52,890 nt of DNA from an uncultured Thermococci archaeon (GCA_964398955.1 CAYNOZ010000001.1:1-52890), one strand, 5' to 3'. Positions 11,532 to 22,089 are shown, numbered from the stretch's first letter. The notes: generated by a model from the letters alone, not told the origin. Numbers and translations: made by a program.

Positions 11532-12710
11532 TCACTCACCTCCTTGTCCTTTCATTTTAAGATCTACAGTTCCCGTTCCTACTGGGATAGGCTGACCCAC
11601 TAAAACGTTTTCAACTACTCCATTAAGTTCATCTACTTCACCTTTTTTCGCTGCTTTTAATAGATTTTTGGTTGTCTCTTCGAATGATGCTCTGGCCAGC
11701 ACACTTTGTTTTTCACCGGCAATACCATGTCTACCAATCTGTTTTAATTCTCCTTTGTGGGTCATTAAATCAGCAACAAGCATAATATGTCTCATATCTA
11801 CTTCAAGTCCTTGATCTTCCATCGTATCTACAATCTCGCTGATAATAGTGTTTCTTACTGCTTCTATTCCAAGTACCTTCTGTATCTCCCATAAATCGTT
11901 TGTTATAGTTCGACTATTATCAACTTCAGGAATCTTTAGAACTTGCTTAAGATTGGAACCTTCAGTCTGGATGATGTACTCATCCCCTTCTTTACGAACT
12001 AAAGTTCTGTTAATACCGCTAATACCTCTTATCCTCTTTTTATTAGCTCTCTTTATTAATCTTCTTAGATTTTCTAATTGACTCTTGTCATCAGGTTCCA
12101 TGTATATATTATAATCTTCATCCCAAATCTCTGCATTTTTTATCTTCGATTTAAGTTTTTTAACTACATCTTCCGGTACAAGATCCTTTTCCTCCATCTC
12201 ATACTCATCTAGCTCTACTTCATACCTAGTTTCAAGCCTATCAAAAGTTGTACTTTTTGCTAAATCCTCAATATTAGTAGATTCAATATCCTTAGTTACC
12301 TCTAATACATCTTCCCTATCCTTTGAATACTCTTCTTTAAGATAAATAGTCATTGTAGGTGTTTTTATGGACTTCCTAGCATCAACTATCTCAATTATTC
12401 TTGGCAGACCAAGTGTAACGTCAATCTCAGCAACTCCAGCAAAGTGGAAGGTATTTAAAGTCATCTGAGTACCTGGTTCTCCTATTGACTGGGCAGTTAC
12501 AATTCCAACAGGTTCTCCTTCCTGCACCTTATTTTGCTGATATCTCCGAGTTGATTCCTCAATTATCTTATCCAATTCATCTTCTTTCAGATCATACTTC
12601 TTATCTGCCTCTTTGATCTCTCCAATTAGATCTTCCTTCATCGAATCAGGTAATTCTGTTTCATGAACTTTTGTCTTAACATAATCTTCATCCATAATTA
12701 CACCTCTCAA
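11532..12710 (-). CDS. rpoA2: DNA-directed RNA polymerase subunit A''
   Basis: 392 aa with '[16 protein letters not shown]'. It overlaps the rpoA1 stop by 4 nt. Confidence 0.95.
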   Translation of the reverse strand: MRGVIMDEDYVKTKVHETELPDSMKEDLIGEIKEADKKYDLKEDELDKIIEESTRRYQQNKVQEGEPVGIVTAQSIGEPGTQMTLNTFHFAGVAEIDVTLGLPRIIEIVDARKSIKTPTMTIYLKEEYSKDREDVLEVTKDIESTNIEDLAKSTTFDRLETRYEVELDEYEMEEKDLVPEDVVKKLKSKIKNAEIWDEDYNIYMEPDDKSQLENLRRLIKRANKKRIRGISGINRTLVRKEGDEYIIQTEGSNLKQVLKIPEVDNSRTITNDLWEIQKVLGIEAVRNTIISEIVDTMEDQGLEVDMRHIMLVADLMTHKGELKQIGRHGIAGEKQSVLARASFEETTKNLLKAAKKGEVDELNGVVENVLVGQPIPVGTGTVDLKMKGQGGE

Positions 12711-15388
12711 TTCTCACTCTCTTCTTTCCGACTATCTATAAGAACTGATTCTACTATTTCTCTCGAATTAATTGGATCTCCTGATCTTCCCTTGGAAGGA
12801 TCAGTTCCGTCTTCGCCAAATTCTAATTGGATAGCTCTTCCTGAAGAGTCTACTACATTTCTATTCTCATCAACTTTTAAATCTTGTAATGCATTTATCA
12901 ATCTTCTCTGTAAATATCCGCTTTCTGAAGTTCTAACTGCAGTATCAACCAAACCTTCTCTACCTCCCATAGAGTGGAAGAAGAATTCCTCCGGATCTAA
13001 GCCTTTTTTATAAGAACTTCTTACGAATCCTCTAGCTTTAGCGCTTAGGTTTTCTTTTTTGAAATGAGAAAGCACTCTCTTATTATAACCTCTTTCAGGT
13101 CTACCTCCTCTTATTGATTGTTGTCCTAAAGAAGCAGCCATCTGAGTTATATTAAGTAAACTTCCTCTAGCTCCTGTTCGGGCCATTATCACAGCATGGT
13201 TGTCCAATCCTAGATATTCTTCTGCTATTTTACCTGAATTATCTCTTGCTTCTGATAATTCTTTCATTATCTCAGCTTCTAAAGTCTCTCTTTCGGTTTT
13301 TCCTGGTAATGTCTGTATTTCTCCTCTTCTAAATGACTCAATTAGCTTATCCACTTTTTCTTCTTTTTTATCTAAAACTTCGTTAATTCTTTTCTTTCCT
13401 TCCTCAGGCAAGTCTTCTTCTATTACTCCTGTAGTAAATCCTCTATGAGTAATAGTCCATATAGCCATTTTAGTTATTTGATTTAAGAATTCTGAAGCCC
13501 TCTGTTTTCCATAATCCCTTGTTATCTTATCAAGTACTGAATCTGATTGGAAGGCACCGAATGAAGCTTCATCCATTACTCCTGTTATCATTTCTCCATC
13601 CCTTATGTAAACAAATGAATCGTAACCACATCTTTCCTTTATCTCATCTGGATCGGGATTAATATTTTCATCTAATAGTTCCTCAGGTCCACATTCATCA
13701 CAATTTACGCATGTACTACTTCTTCCATGGTAATCTAAATCATCAGGCAGGAGCTTTGATATTAAATCTCTTCCATCATATTTTCCATTTTCATTTGGTT
13801 CAGGTAATTCCGGGTCTTTACCTGAGAAATAAAGCATCTGTTCTGCTTCTCTTCTATTAAATTCAGCCTTGCTTAAAAGGTAAGCTCCAGTTATATGATC
13901 CTGTATTCCTCCTATTATAGGTCCCCCGAATCTTGGAGACAAAATATTTTCTTCTACTTCAAGTAACATCTTCGCTTCTGCTCTCGCTTCCTCAGATTGA
14001 GGAACGTGCATATTCATTTCATCGCCGTCGAAGTCTGCATTGTAAGGAGGGCAAACGGTCAAATTCAATCTAAAGGTTCTATAAGGCATTACTCTTACTC
14101 TATGAGCCATTATACTCATTTTATGAAGAGAAGGTTGTCTGTTAAATAATACTATATCCCCATCTCTTAGATGTCTTTCAACTTTGTAGCCAACTTCAAT
14201 TTCTTCTGCAATTTTTTCTTTATTCTTCTCAGTAATCTTTTTTCTCCGGCCGTTTGGCATTACTACATAATTAGCTCCGAATTTCTCTTCTGGACCATTA
14301 AGAATGGATTCTCTTAGTTTTTCAATATTGAAATCTCTTACAGATTCAGGGATAGTTAACTCTTTAGCTATTGAGGCCGGAACACCGATTTCATCAACAT
14401 CTATCATAGGATCTGGAGATATTACGGATCTAGAGGAGAAATCTACTCTTTTACCTGCTAAGTTTTTCCTGAATCTACCTTCTTTACCTTGTAATCTTTG
14501 TGATAACGTTTTTAGCGGTCTTCCAGATCTGTGTTTTGCAGGTGGGATGCCTGCTGTCTGATTATCTATTAATGTAGTCACATGATACTGTAAGAGGTCC
14601 CACATGTCTTCTACAATTAAATTAGGTGCTCCAGAATTAAGATTTTTCTTGAATCTTTCGTTAACACGTATTATATCAACATATTTATGGGTTAAATCAT
14701 CTTCTGACCTAACTCCAGTTTCTAAGGTAATTGAAGGTCTTGCTGTTACTGGTGGAACTGGTAAAACAGTTAAAACCATCCATTCTGGTCTAGAATCTTT
14801 TGATAAGCCTAATAATTTAAAATCCTGTTCATCAACTTTTTCAAATCTTTCTCTTATATCTGTGGGTTTTAATTCTATTACTTTGTCCCCTCTCTCTTCT
14901 TCATAAGTTGATGGTCTGTCGAAATTAATTTCATGCTGATCGGCACCACAATGGGGACATTGCCCTTCTTTTCCTTCTCTTGCCTTTTTATAAATTTCTT
15001 TTAGAAGATCTTCTTCTTCATCAGGGTCCTCAACCTGTTCGAGTTTATCTTTGTATTCTTCTATTTCTTCATCGGTAAGTAGAATTCTGGAACATTCTTT
15101 ACAGGTTGATTGTAGAATATTTCTTATATCCTTTGAGAATCCTGAGTGTAGTACGGGTCTTGCTAATTCTATATGTCCGAAATGTCCTTTACATTCTCCA
15201 GATCTTTTTCCACAAGTTTCACATTGAATTCCAGGATCTATGACTCCTAGATTCGGATCCATGAGTCCTCCTTCTTCAGGGTATCCATCTCTATCATATG
15301 TGTCGGGAACCACAATTTCAGCATGAGACATTTCTCGAATACTATCAGGTGAGAGTAAACCAAACTTAATGTTGTCAATTACTTTCAT
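12707..15388 (-). CDS. rpoA1: DNA-directed RNA polymerase subunit A'
   Basis: 893 aa with the catalytic '[10 protein letters not shown]' and the N-terminal Zn motif 'CETCGK...[10 protein letters not shown]'. Confidence 0.95.
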   Translation of the reverse strand: MKVIDNIKFGLLSPDSIREMSHAEIVVPDTYDRDGYPEEGGLMDPNLGVIDPGIQCETCGKRSGECKGHFGHIELARPVLHSGFSKDIRNILQSTCKECSRILLTDEEIEEYKDKLEQVEDPDEEEDLLKEIYKKAREGKEGQCPHCGADQHEINFDRPSTYEEERGDKVIELKPTDIRERFEKVDEQDFKLLGLSKDSRPEWMVLTVLPVPPVTARPSITLETGVRSEDDLTHKYVDIIRVNERFKKNLNSGAPNLIVEDMWDLLQYHVTTLIDNQTAGIPPAKHRSGRPLKTLSQRLQGKEGRFRKNLAGKRVDFSSRSVISPDPMIDVDEIGVPASIAKELTIPESVRDFNIEKLRESILNGPEEKFGANYVVMPNGRRKKITEKNKEKIAEEIEVGYKVERHLRDGDIVLFNRQPSLHKMSIMAHRVRVMPYRTFRLNLTVCPPYNADFDGDEMNMHVPQSEEARAEAKMLLEVEENILSPRFGGPIIGGIQDHITGAYLLSKAEFNRREAEQMLYFSGKDPELPEPNENGKYDGRDLISKLLPDDLDYHGRSSTCVNCDECGPEELLDENINPDPDEIKERCGYDSFVYIRDGEMITGVMDEASFGAFQSDSVLDKITRDYGKQRASEFLNQITKMAIWTITHRGFTTGVIEEDLPEEGKKRINEVLDKKEEKVDKLIESFRRGEIQTLPGKTERETLEAEIMKELSEARDNSGKIAEEYLGLDNHAVIMARTGARGSLLNITQMAASLGQQSIRGGRPERGYNKRVLSHFKKENLSAKARGFVRSSYKKGLDPEEFFFHSMGGREGLVDTAVRTSESGYLQRRLINALQDLKVDENRNVVDSSGRAIQLEFGEDGTDPSKGRSGDPINSREIVESVLIDSRKEESEN

Positions 15389-18300
15389 TAAATCATCTCC
15401 CTTATATCCAATTCAGTTGATATTCCAAGAGCCTTTAGTTCATCTAGTAATATTTTGAAGGCGTAAGATAATTCTATTTCAGATATTTTTTCTTCTTCTC
15501 CACATACTGGGCAGTAAACTCTTCCGTTTCTAGCATCTTCGGTTGCGATTGATCCGCAGCTCTCACAAACGTTGACTGATGTTTCGTCTGATTGTTCAAG
15601 TAATCTTTCTCTTAATAACATGGAGGCACCGTGTCCTCCGAGAACATCTTTCTCCATTTCTCCGAATCTTAGACCTCCTTCCCTTGGACGACCAGCTGTA
15701 GGTTGTTTAGTTAGTATTTGTCTTGGTCCTCTTGCTCTAGCGTGTATCTTATTTTTAACCATGTGATGTAGTTTCTGATAATAGATTGATCCTATAAAGA
15801 CATCTGTTTCCATTTTTTCTCCGGTTATTCCATCATACATTACTTCTGTTCCGTCGTGTTTGAAGTTATGTTCTTCTAATGCTTCTCTTAATTCTTCTTC
15901 TGTGGCTCCTTGGAATGGTGTTCCATCCACTCTTTCTCCTTTAAGGGAGGCTATTTTTCCTCCGATCATCTCTAGAAGTTGTCCAACTGTCATTCGGCTT
16001 GGAATGGCATGAGGATTTAGTATTAAATCAGGTACTACTCCGTCTTCAGTGAATGGCATATCTTCTTCAGGAACTAGTAATCCTACTACTCCTTTTTGAC
16101 CGTGCCTAGATGCAAATTTGTCTCCTAACTCAGTTACTCTTTGATCTCTTACCTTTACTTTAGCTATCTTGTTTCCTTCTGAGGATTCTGTAATGAAAAC
16201 TCTGTCTATCTTTTCTTCTCCTGGTCTAACTGTTATTGAATCATCTCTTCTTTTTTGTTCTTCTATTCGGAATTTGTTCAGTTGACCTAGAAATCTAGGT
16301 GGAGTTGTCCTTCCGATTATAACATCTCCTTCTTCCACTTCTGATTCAGGAATTGCTAGTCCGTCTTCGTCTAAGCTTTTATAGTACTCTTCTCCTTTGT
16401 ATCTGTCAATTCCTACTTCTGGTTTCTCAAATTTATCGTGTTGTCCACCTGGGTAAGATTTTTCTTCAGCGTCATAGGTACGCATAAAAGTTGATCTTGA
16501 TAATCCTCTCTCTATTGAAGATTTATTCATAATAATTGCGTCTTCTATGTTGTAACCTTGGTGTGATAGTATTCCTACTACGAAGTTTTGGCCTGCTGGT
16601 CTGTCATCGAATCCTATTTCTTTCATTGTTTTAGATTTTACCAAGGGGATTTCTGGGTAATGTAAGACATGGCCTCTGGTGTCTGTTCTTGATCTGTAAT
16701 TTACACTTGGTAATCCTAGTGATTGTTTAATCATTCCTGAACCGTAGGTGTTTCTTGGTGCTGCATTATGTTCAGAATATGGGATCATACTTGCTGAAAC
16801 TCCAAATATGGCTGGTGGATATATCTCCATATGGGTATGATCCTCTGTTAAGTCTTCTTTTCTCATAGCTACTAGGGAATTATCTTCTTCAGATGCATCT
16901 AAGTATTCTATAATTCCTTTATTAATTAAGTCATTCCAACTCCATTCTCCACTCTTTATTTTTTCTGCGTGTTCTTCTTTGAGTCTTGGTTCGCCGTCAT
17001 CTACTATTATTAAGGGCCTAGTAACTCTTCCGTAATCCCCATTTACGTAAATTTCTTTTACGTCTTCATCAAATGAAACGTTTAATTGCTTCCATCTGAT
17101 ATTATTATTTCTTCTATCTTCTTTTACTTTGTCAACAAATTCTTTACCTTCTCTAGTTGTTCCGGCAAATCCTCCATCTATGTAAATTTTCCATACTCCT
17201 TCTTCTGGCGCTAATTCGGATATTTTTTTCATTCCAATTTCTCTTAGATAATTTTTTACATCATCAACATTAATTGATGTTGTAATATCAGCCATTAACG
17301 CCAAATGTTTAACTAAACCACAGTTAGGTCCTTCCGGAGTCTGTGATGGGCATAATCTTCCCCAATGAGTTGCGTGAAGATCTCTTGCTTCGAAGTGAGG
17401 ATGGTTTCTACTTAAGGGAGATACTATCTTTCTCATATAAGTTAGAACAGCCATATAATTTGTCCTATCCAAAAGTTGACTTACTCCTGTTCGATTACCT
17501 GGCCAGGTTCCAGTAGCCATAGCATGCATTATTTTCTCTTTAAAAACATCTGATCTCACTGACTTTTCTATAAATGCATGAGGATCCTCTTTCAATCTTT
17601 CTTCTCCTTTCCTCTTATAGAACTTCACTAACTGATACTTCATATCTCTAACTAAAGAGGTTAAACCTGATCTTAACAAGTCACCTAAAAGATTTCCAGC
17701 TAATTTCAATCTCTTATTGGCATAATGGTCCTTGTCATCTTCTTCTCTTTGACCTAAGAATAATTCAATAACTCTTTGAGCCATCATTCCTAAGAAGTAT
17801 CCCTTTCTTAGTCTGGCGTCTTCATCTGGTTCTCTTGATATATGAGGGAACAAATATCTGTCAAGAGATTGCTCGGCTTTTTCAATTTTAAATTCTTCAG
17901 GTTGGTCTTTTGCTACTCTATTCCCAATTTTAAGAAGTGCTTCTTCTCTTGATTGTGGAGCCCCTTCTAAACTATCAAAAACTTCCTGTTGAATTTCAGT
18001 TTCGTGAGATATTGCTTCTACTATCTCTCTATCTTCTTCCAAGCCAAGTGATCTCATAACTGTAACTATACCGACCCTGCCTTGTACTCCTGGCATTGTC
18101 ACATATAATTTACCGTCCTTCCTTCTTTGTACTTGAATAAAACCTCTGTAACCATGTCTCTCTGAAAAAACCTTAGCTACATATTTATTTCTCTTATCAT
18201 CTTTTTCGATAAGTGCATAATTAGAAGCCAAATTCTCTAGAGCTATTATAACTCTTTCAGTTCCGTTTACTATGAAATATCCTCCAGGATCTTTTGGATC

Positions 18301-18750
18301 TTCATTATGTTTTATCAGTTCTTCATCGTCCTTACCCTCTAGAAGGCATTTATTAGACTTCAACATTATTGGTACTTCTCCAATTTTTAACTCAATCGAA
18401 GTCTTTTTTTGACCATCAAGAACAGGACTCATCTCAAGGTATATAGGAGCTGAATAAGTTAAATCTCGTATTCTAGCTTCATGTGGAGTAAGAGGCTTTT
18501 TAGCACCACTTGCTTCTTTAATCTTCGGCTCACCAAGCCTAAAATCACCTAACTCAATTTCAAACCCTTCTATATCAGGATCAATATTACCCTGCTGATC
18601 AATTATCTCCTGAATCCCATGATCAATGAAAGCATTATAAGAATTTATATGATGCTTCACAAGTCCTTTTTGCTCAAACATAGACTCCATTACTTTCCAA
18701 AGGTCATCTCCATCAAGATCTATTTCTTGATTCATATTATCTTTCCTCAA
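15388..18750 (-). CDS. rpoB: DNA-directed RNA polymerase subunit B (unsplit)
   Basis: Single 1120-aa ORF with 'GDKFASRHGQKGV' and the C-terminal Zn ribbon 'CESCG...CPVCG'. It is not split into B'/B''. Confidence 0.95.
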   Translation of the reverse strand: MRKDNMNQEIDLDGDDLWKVMESMFEQKGLVKHHINSYNAFIDHGIQEIIDQQGNIDPDIEGFEIELGDFRLGEPKIKEASGAKKPLTPHEARIRDLTYSAPIYLEMSPVLDGQKKTSIELKIGEVPIMLKSNKCLLEGKDDEELIKHNEDPKDPGGYFIVNGTERVIIALENLASNYALIEKDDKRNKYVAKVFSERHGYRGFIQVQRRKDGKLYVTMPGVQGRVGIVTVMRSLGLEEDREIVEAISHETEIQQEVFDSLEGAPQSREEALLKIGNRVAKDQPEEFKIEKAEQSLDRYLFPHISREPDEDARLRKGYFLGMMAQRVIELFLGQREEDDKDHYANKRLKLAGNLLGDLLRSGLTSLVRDMKYQLVKFYKRKGEERLKEDPHAFIEKSVRSDVFKEKIMHAMATGTWPGNRTGVSQLLDRTNYMAVLTYMRKIVSPLSRNHPHFEARDLHATHWGRLCPSQTPEGPNCGLVKHLALMADITTSINVDDVKNYLREIGMKKISELAPEEGVWKIYIDGGFAGTTREGKEFVDKVKEDRRNNNIRWKQLNVSFDEDVKEIYVNGDYGRVTRPLIIVDDGEPRLKEEHAEKIKSGEWSWNDLINKGIIEYLDASEEDNSLVAMRKEDLTEDHTHMEIYPPAIFGVSASMIPYSEHNAAPRNTYGSGMIKQSLGLPSVNYRSRTDTRGHVLHYPEIPLVKSKTMKEIGFDDRPAGQNFVVGILSHQGYNIEDAIIMNKSSIERGLSRSTFMRTYDAEEKSYPGGQHDKFEKPEVGIDRYKGEEYYKSLDEDGLAIPESEVEEGDVIIGRTTPPRFLGQLNKFRIEEQKRRDDSITVRPGEEKIDRVFITESSEGNKIAKVKVRDQRVTELGDKFASRHGQKGVVGLLVPEEDMPFTEDGVVPDLILNPHAIPSRMTVGQLLEMIGGKIASLKGERVDGTPFQGATEEELREALEEHNFKHDGTEVMYDGITGEKMETDVFIGSIYYQKLHHMVKNKIHARARGPRQILTKQPTAGRPREGGLRFGEMEKDVLGGHGASMLLRERLLEQSDETSVNVCESCGSIATEDARNGRVYCPVCGEEEKISEIELSYAFKILLDELKALGISTELDIREMI

Positions 18751-18767
18751 ATTTTATTAAAAACTAA

Positions 18768-19010
18768 TTAATCCTTTATTACTCTTCTATAATACTTATG
18801 AGTACCTGCAGTAGAACTGCTTCTCGTAATCTCAACTAAATCTCCTACTTCAGCTTCCAAACCATCTAAAGCCGGATCAGACTTTTTAATAGACGGTAAC
18901 TTTTTATCTACTAAACCTCGCTCCTTCAAAACCTTCTTCGCTTCTTCCTCATCCAAAACCTGATGATCCGGAACTCTATTATGTTCTAATGCATTAATTT
19001 TTTTAGACAT
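18768..19010 (-). CDS. rpoH: DNA-directed RNA polymerase subunit H
   Basis: 80 aa with 'HNRVPDHQVL', the first gene of the rpo block. SD-like GGTGGGGTG lies upstream. Confidence 0.85.
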   Translation of the reverse strand: MSKKINALEHNRVPDHQVLDEEEAKKVLKERGLVDKKLPSIKKSDPALDGLEAEVGDLVEITRSSSTAGTHKYYRRVIKD

Positions 19011-19170
19011 TCAGACACCCCACCCTAAAATAGAAATACATTCATCTTTTACATTGATAGTAAGAAAATCGTGACACGAACACATAATATCTCATTATTG
19101 ATTCAATCAAGTAAGGAACTACCTCCAATGTACTCTTTTCAATCCATTTTAAACCATGTAATTTCTTTAA

Positions 19171-19244
19171 TGGGCCCGACGGGATTTGAACCCGCGACTG
19201 CCTGGTTAAAAGCCAGGTGCTCTCCCGGACTGAGCTACGGGCCC
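19171..19244 (-). tRNA. tRNA-Lys (anticodon UUU)
   Basis: The reverse complement is GGGCCCG-TA-GCTCAGTCCGGGAGAGC-A-CCTGG-CTTTTAA-CCAGG-CAGTC-GCGGG-TTCAAAT-CCCGT-CGGGCCC-A. CCA is not encoded. Confidence 0.9.
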
Positions 19245-19283
19245 TTAATACTGAAGCAACTTTAATTACAATATAAGGTTCAA

Positions 19284-19361
19284 TGGCGCCCGGGTCGGGA
19301 TTTGAACCCGAGTCACCGGCTCGACAGGCCAGCATGATGGGCCGAACTACACTACCCGGGC
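19284..19361 (-). tRNA. tRNA-Asp (anticodon GUC)
   Basis: In the reverse complement: acceptor GCCCGGG/CCCGGGC, anticodon stem CTGGC/GCCGG with loop CTGTCGA, T-arm TCGGG-TTCAAAT-CCCGA. The 3' G-CCA is encoded. Confidence 0.9.
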
Positions 19362-19390
19362 ATCGTTCCAACAGAAAGGAAAATCCCCAC

Positions 19391-19398
19391 TATTTAAA
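19391..19398 (-). promoter_or_regulatory. putative TATA box for tRNA-Asp/tRNA-Lys (and possibly the rpo block)
   Basis: The minus strand reads TTTAAATA, 30-37 nt upstream of the tRNA-Asp 5' end. Confidence 0.35.
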
Positions 19399-19960
19399 CC
19401 TTTTGGTCAGATAGCTTCAGAACTACAAACTAAGTTACAAATTAATTATACTGAAATGCTTAAAAAGGTTATGGAGAAATTTCTCTAATCACATAAAATG
19501 TTCTGAATCCCAAAGGAGTTCTATAATTTATCCAAAAAAAATTTCAGATCCGATAATTCCTTTTCAAAACAGAACCAAAGATCAAAAAATTTTCTAACTC
19601 ATTTACAAAACTAAGACACGCTTACAATGTTAATTAGATCAAATAAAGATAACGGATGGTTTTCCAAAAAAAATTTAAGATAAAACTTAAAATAAATGTA
19701 ATACAAATGTAATTAACGAAACAAGTAGCAAGTTTCTACGAATTCTAACCTTATCTATGTCTAAAATAGGTAAATATTACATTAGCTTGTTATTGAAACT
19801 CCAAATGTAGTGTTTAATATAATCCTGTATTAACTGACTTACTCCCTCCTTGAAGGAAGAGATTCAATTAAAATCCACTAGATTAAATGCAGCAAGAAAT
19901 TTAATCTCAACACCCCTCATCTTCAGAAAGTTGCATCCTTAAATCAAATTAGGTGATTAA

Positions 19961-21220
19961 ATGAAAGCTTTTAAGGGGAAATATGTTCTTACTTCCCAAG
20001 GATTAGAAGAAAATAAAATGATTGTGACCTCCGACGGAATTATTAAAGATATCGGATCTAGAGAAAAGATGAAGAAAATATATAATTTTGAAGAAATTAT
20101 TGGCGATAATCACTTGATAATACCCGGTTTCGTTAATTTACATACCCATGTAGCAATGAGATCAATGTTAGGCTATGGAGAAGAAAAAAATATTTCAACT
20201 TGGCTGAACGATTATATATGGCCTCTTGAAAATAAAATTGATTCTGATGATATTTATTGGAGTTCATTACTTGGAATTCTTGAACTTTTAAAATCTGGAA
20301 CTACAACAATAGTTGATCATTATTTTCATGCTGATAAAGTAGCAGAAGCAGCTAAAGAAGCAGGAATTAGAGGAATTTTGGCTGAAACATTGATGGATCT
20401 TGGAAAGAGAGAGATCTCAATTAAAAAAGGAGAAGATTTTATTAAAAATTATGAAGATGAGAGCTTGATAGAACCATGGATTGGTCCTCATGCTACTGAT
20501 ACGTGTTCAAAAGAATTATTAAAAGAATCAAAAAAGGTATCTAATACGTATAATACTGGCATTCACATCCATTTATCCCAATCTAAGGATGAAGTTAGAG
20601 AGGTTAAGAATAGATACGGTAAAACTCCTACAGAATTTCTTAAAGATCAGAAAATCCTTGGACCTAATACGTTAGCTGCGCATGGGATTCACCTTACAGA
20701 AAAAGAAATAAAGATCCTTGGCAACACAAATTCTAGTATAGCCCATTGTGCAATTAGTTTATCAAAATTAGATGGGGAGGTAGCTCCAATCAAGAATTTA
20801 ATCAATGAAGGAGTTACAGTTGGAATAGGAAATGATTGTTTTACTTATGATATGTTTCCAGAACTACTATCGGTTGGAATTTTGAACAAAAATAGTGAAA
20901 ATGATCCAAAAGTCTTGCCAGCTAAAAGGATCTTTAAAATGGCCACAGTAAATGGGGCTAAAGCTGTGAAATTAAATTCAGGAGAGATTAAGGTCGGTAA
21001 TAAAGCTGATTTTGTTCTTCTAAACCCTAAAAAACATTTAAACAACATATATTCAGAGTTAGTATACCTCATAAATCAAAATGATGTCGAATACACAATT
21101 GTAAACGGAGAAGTCAGATATAGGAAAGGAGAATTCCCAGGAATTAATAAAGATAAGATTTATGATAAAGTAAAAAAAATAAATAAAAGATTAATCCCAA
21201 AAAAGAGAGAGGATCAGTAG
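19961..21220 (+). CDS. mtaD: amidohydrolase, MTA/SAH (5'-deoxyadenosine) deaminase-like
   Basis: 419 aa with the metal-binding 'NLHTHVAMR', 'HIHLSQS', 'AHGIHL' and 'GNDC' pattern of the ATZ/TRZ-like deaminase branch. SD AGGTGA is 5 nt upstream. Confidence 0.65.
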   Translation: MKAFKGKYVLTSQGLEENKMIVTSDGIIKDIGSREKMKKIYNFEEIIGDNHLIIPGFVNLHTHVAMRSMLGYGEEKNISTWLNDYIWPLENKIDSDDIYWSSLLGILELLKSGTTTIVDHYFHADKVAEAAKEAGIRGILAETLMDLGKREISIKKGEDFIKNYEDESLIEPWIGPHATDTCSKELLKESKKVSNTYNTGIHIHLSQSKDEVREVKNRYGKTPTEFLKDQKILGPNTLAAHGIHLTEKEIKILGNTNSSIAHCAISLSKLDGEVAPIKNLINEGVTVGIGNDCFTYDMFPELLSVGILNKNSENDPKVLPAKRIFKMATVNGAKAVKLNSGEIKVGNKADFVLLNPKKHLNNIYSELVYLINQNDVEYTIVNGEVRYRKGEFPGINKDKIYDKVKKINKRLIPKKREDQ

Positions 21221-21225
21221 ATAAA

Positions 21226-21783
21226 ATGCTTAACAGATATCGGGATAAATTAAAAAAATTAATAGAACCAGTTGCGAGAATACTAGTAAATACAGGAATT
21301 TCCCCGAATCTAATCACAATAATAGGTTTAATAATAACCATAATTTCAGGATATCAATTCTACGTAGGCAACCCATTATATGGGGGATTCATTTTACTAC
21401 TAGGAGCATTTAGCGATATTTTAGATGGTTCAGTAGCTAGAATATCTGGAAGAGAAAGTAAATTTGGAGCATTCCTTGATTCAACTATTGACAGAGCTTC
21501 TGATGGAATAGTAATATTTTCAATAGGTTTAGGAGGTCTATCCCCTTGGTATTTATGCTTTTTAGCTTTCATGGGAACTTACCTCGTTAGCTATACAAGA
21601 GGAAGAGCCGAATCCCTTGGAGCAAAAAATTTCACCATAGGAGTAGGCGAAAGAGCTGAAAGACTACTACTCATTGTAATATTCGCACTAATCAATAAAC
21701 TGTTATGGGGAATGATAGCTTTAAACATTCTAGCATGGTTCACAGTACTACAAAGAATAATAGCAGCAAATAAAAAACTCTAA
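21226..21783 (+). CDS. CDP-alcohol phosphatidyltransferase (archaeal lipid head-group synthase type)
   Basis: 185 aa, polytopic, with the complete signature 'DILDGSVARISGRESKFGAFLDSTIDRASD' (D-x2-DG-x2-AR...G-x3-D-x3-D). Confidence 0.85.
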   Translation: MLNRYRDKLKKLIEPVARILVNTGISPNLITIIGLIITIISGYQFYVGNPLYGGFILLLGAFSDILDGSVARISGRESKFGAFLDSTIDRASDGIVIFSIGLGGLSPWYLCFLAFMGTYLVSYTRGRAESLGAKNFTIGVGERAERLLLIVIFALINKLLWGMIALNILAWFTVLQRIIAANKKL

Positions 21784-21873
21784 AATCATTTTACCCAAAA
21801 AAATACAATCTTCTTCCTTACTAAGAACATAAAAAATTATTGAATATCTGGAAATCCCAATTCAAACTTAAAA

Positions 21874-22041
21874 TCATTTAGCAACAAAATCTAAATTTTT
21901 ATCAGATTCTCTTTTCCTATCTTCCCCTTTAATCCTACTATAAAAATCTTTAAGTTCTTCCTTTACTATATCTAATAGAATAGTATCACTACGACCTTTC
22001 TTAGCTTCTTCATTCTCCAAACTACATCCACACCCCGCCAT
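21874..22041 (-). CDS. unannotated small ORF (55 aa), MAGCGCSLENEEAKKGRSDTILLDIVKEELKDFYSRIKGEDRKRESDKNLDFVAK
   Basis: Hand translation gives ATG (22041-22039) to TGA (21876-21874), which is below the ORF-track cutoff. GGTG lies 5 nt upstream of the ATG, matching the GGTGA SD used by neighbouring genes. A palindromic TATA (ATATTTAAATAT) lies 30-41 nt upstream. The K/E/D-rich composition resembles real genes, not the S/L/F-rich antisense ORFs. Confidence 0.5.
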   Translation of the reverse strand: MAGCGCSLENEEAKKGRSDTILLDIVKEELKDFYSRIKGEDRKRESDKNLDFVAK

Positions 22042-22059
22042 CAAAACACCATTTAAACA

Positions 22060-22089
22060 TAAGGTTTAGAATATTTAAATATAACCTTA
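22060..22089. promoter_or_regulatory. inverted repeat TAAGGTT-N16-AACCTTA enclosing a palindromic TATA element
   Basis: The 7-bp arms lie at 22060-22066 and 22083-22089. The perfect 12-nt palindrome ATATTTAAATAT lies at 22071-22082. The element sits between the small minus-strand ORF and the plus-strand PRTase gene. Confidence 0.4.

Noticed and set aside
7446-18750. Inteins or gene fission in EF-2, RpoA', RpoA'' and RpoB
   Set aside because: All lengths are canonical (732, 893, 392 and 1120 aa) and the catalytic motifs are contiguous, so there are no insertions.
19042-19371. 109-aa minus-strand ORF (and the 64-aa plus-strand ORF at 19071-19265) in the track
   Set aside because: These ORFs run straight through the tRNA-Lys and tRNA-Asp genes. 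Their G+C-rich stretches are the tRNA stems, there is no SD, and the composition is atypical. They are spurious.
19372-19960. The long A/T-rich gap as a replication origin
   Set aside because: There is no orc1/cdc6 gene in the window and no convincing ORB or mini-ORB inverted repeats. The CCACT-containing words are short and in direct orientation only. This cannot be supported from this sequence.
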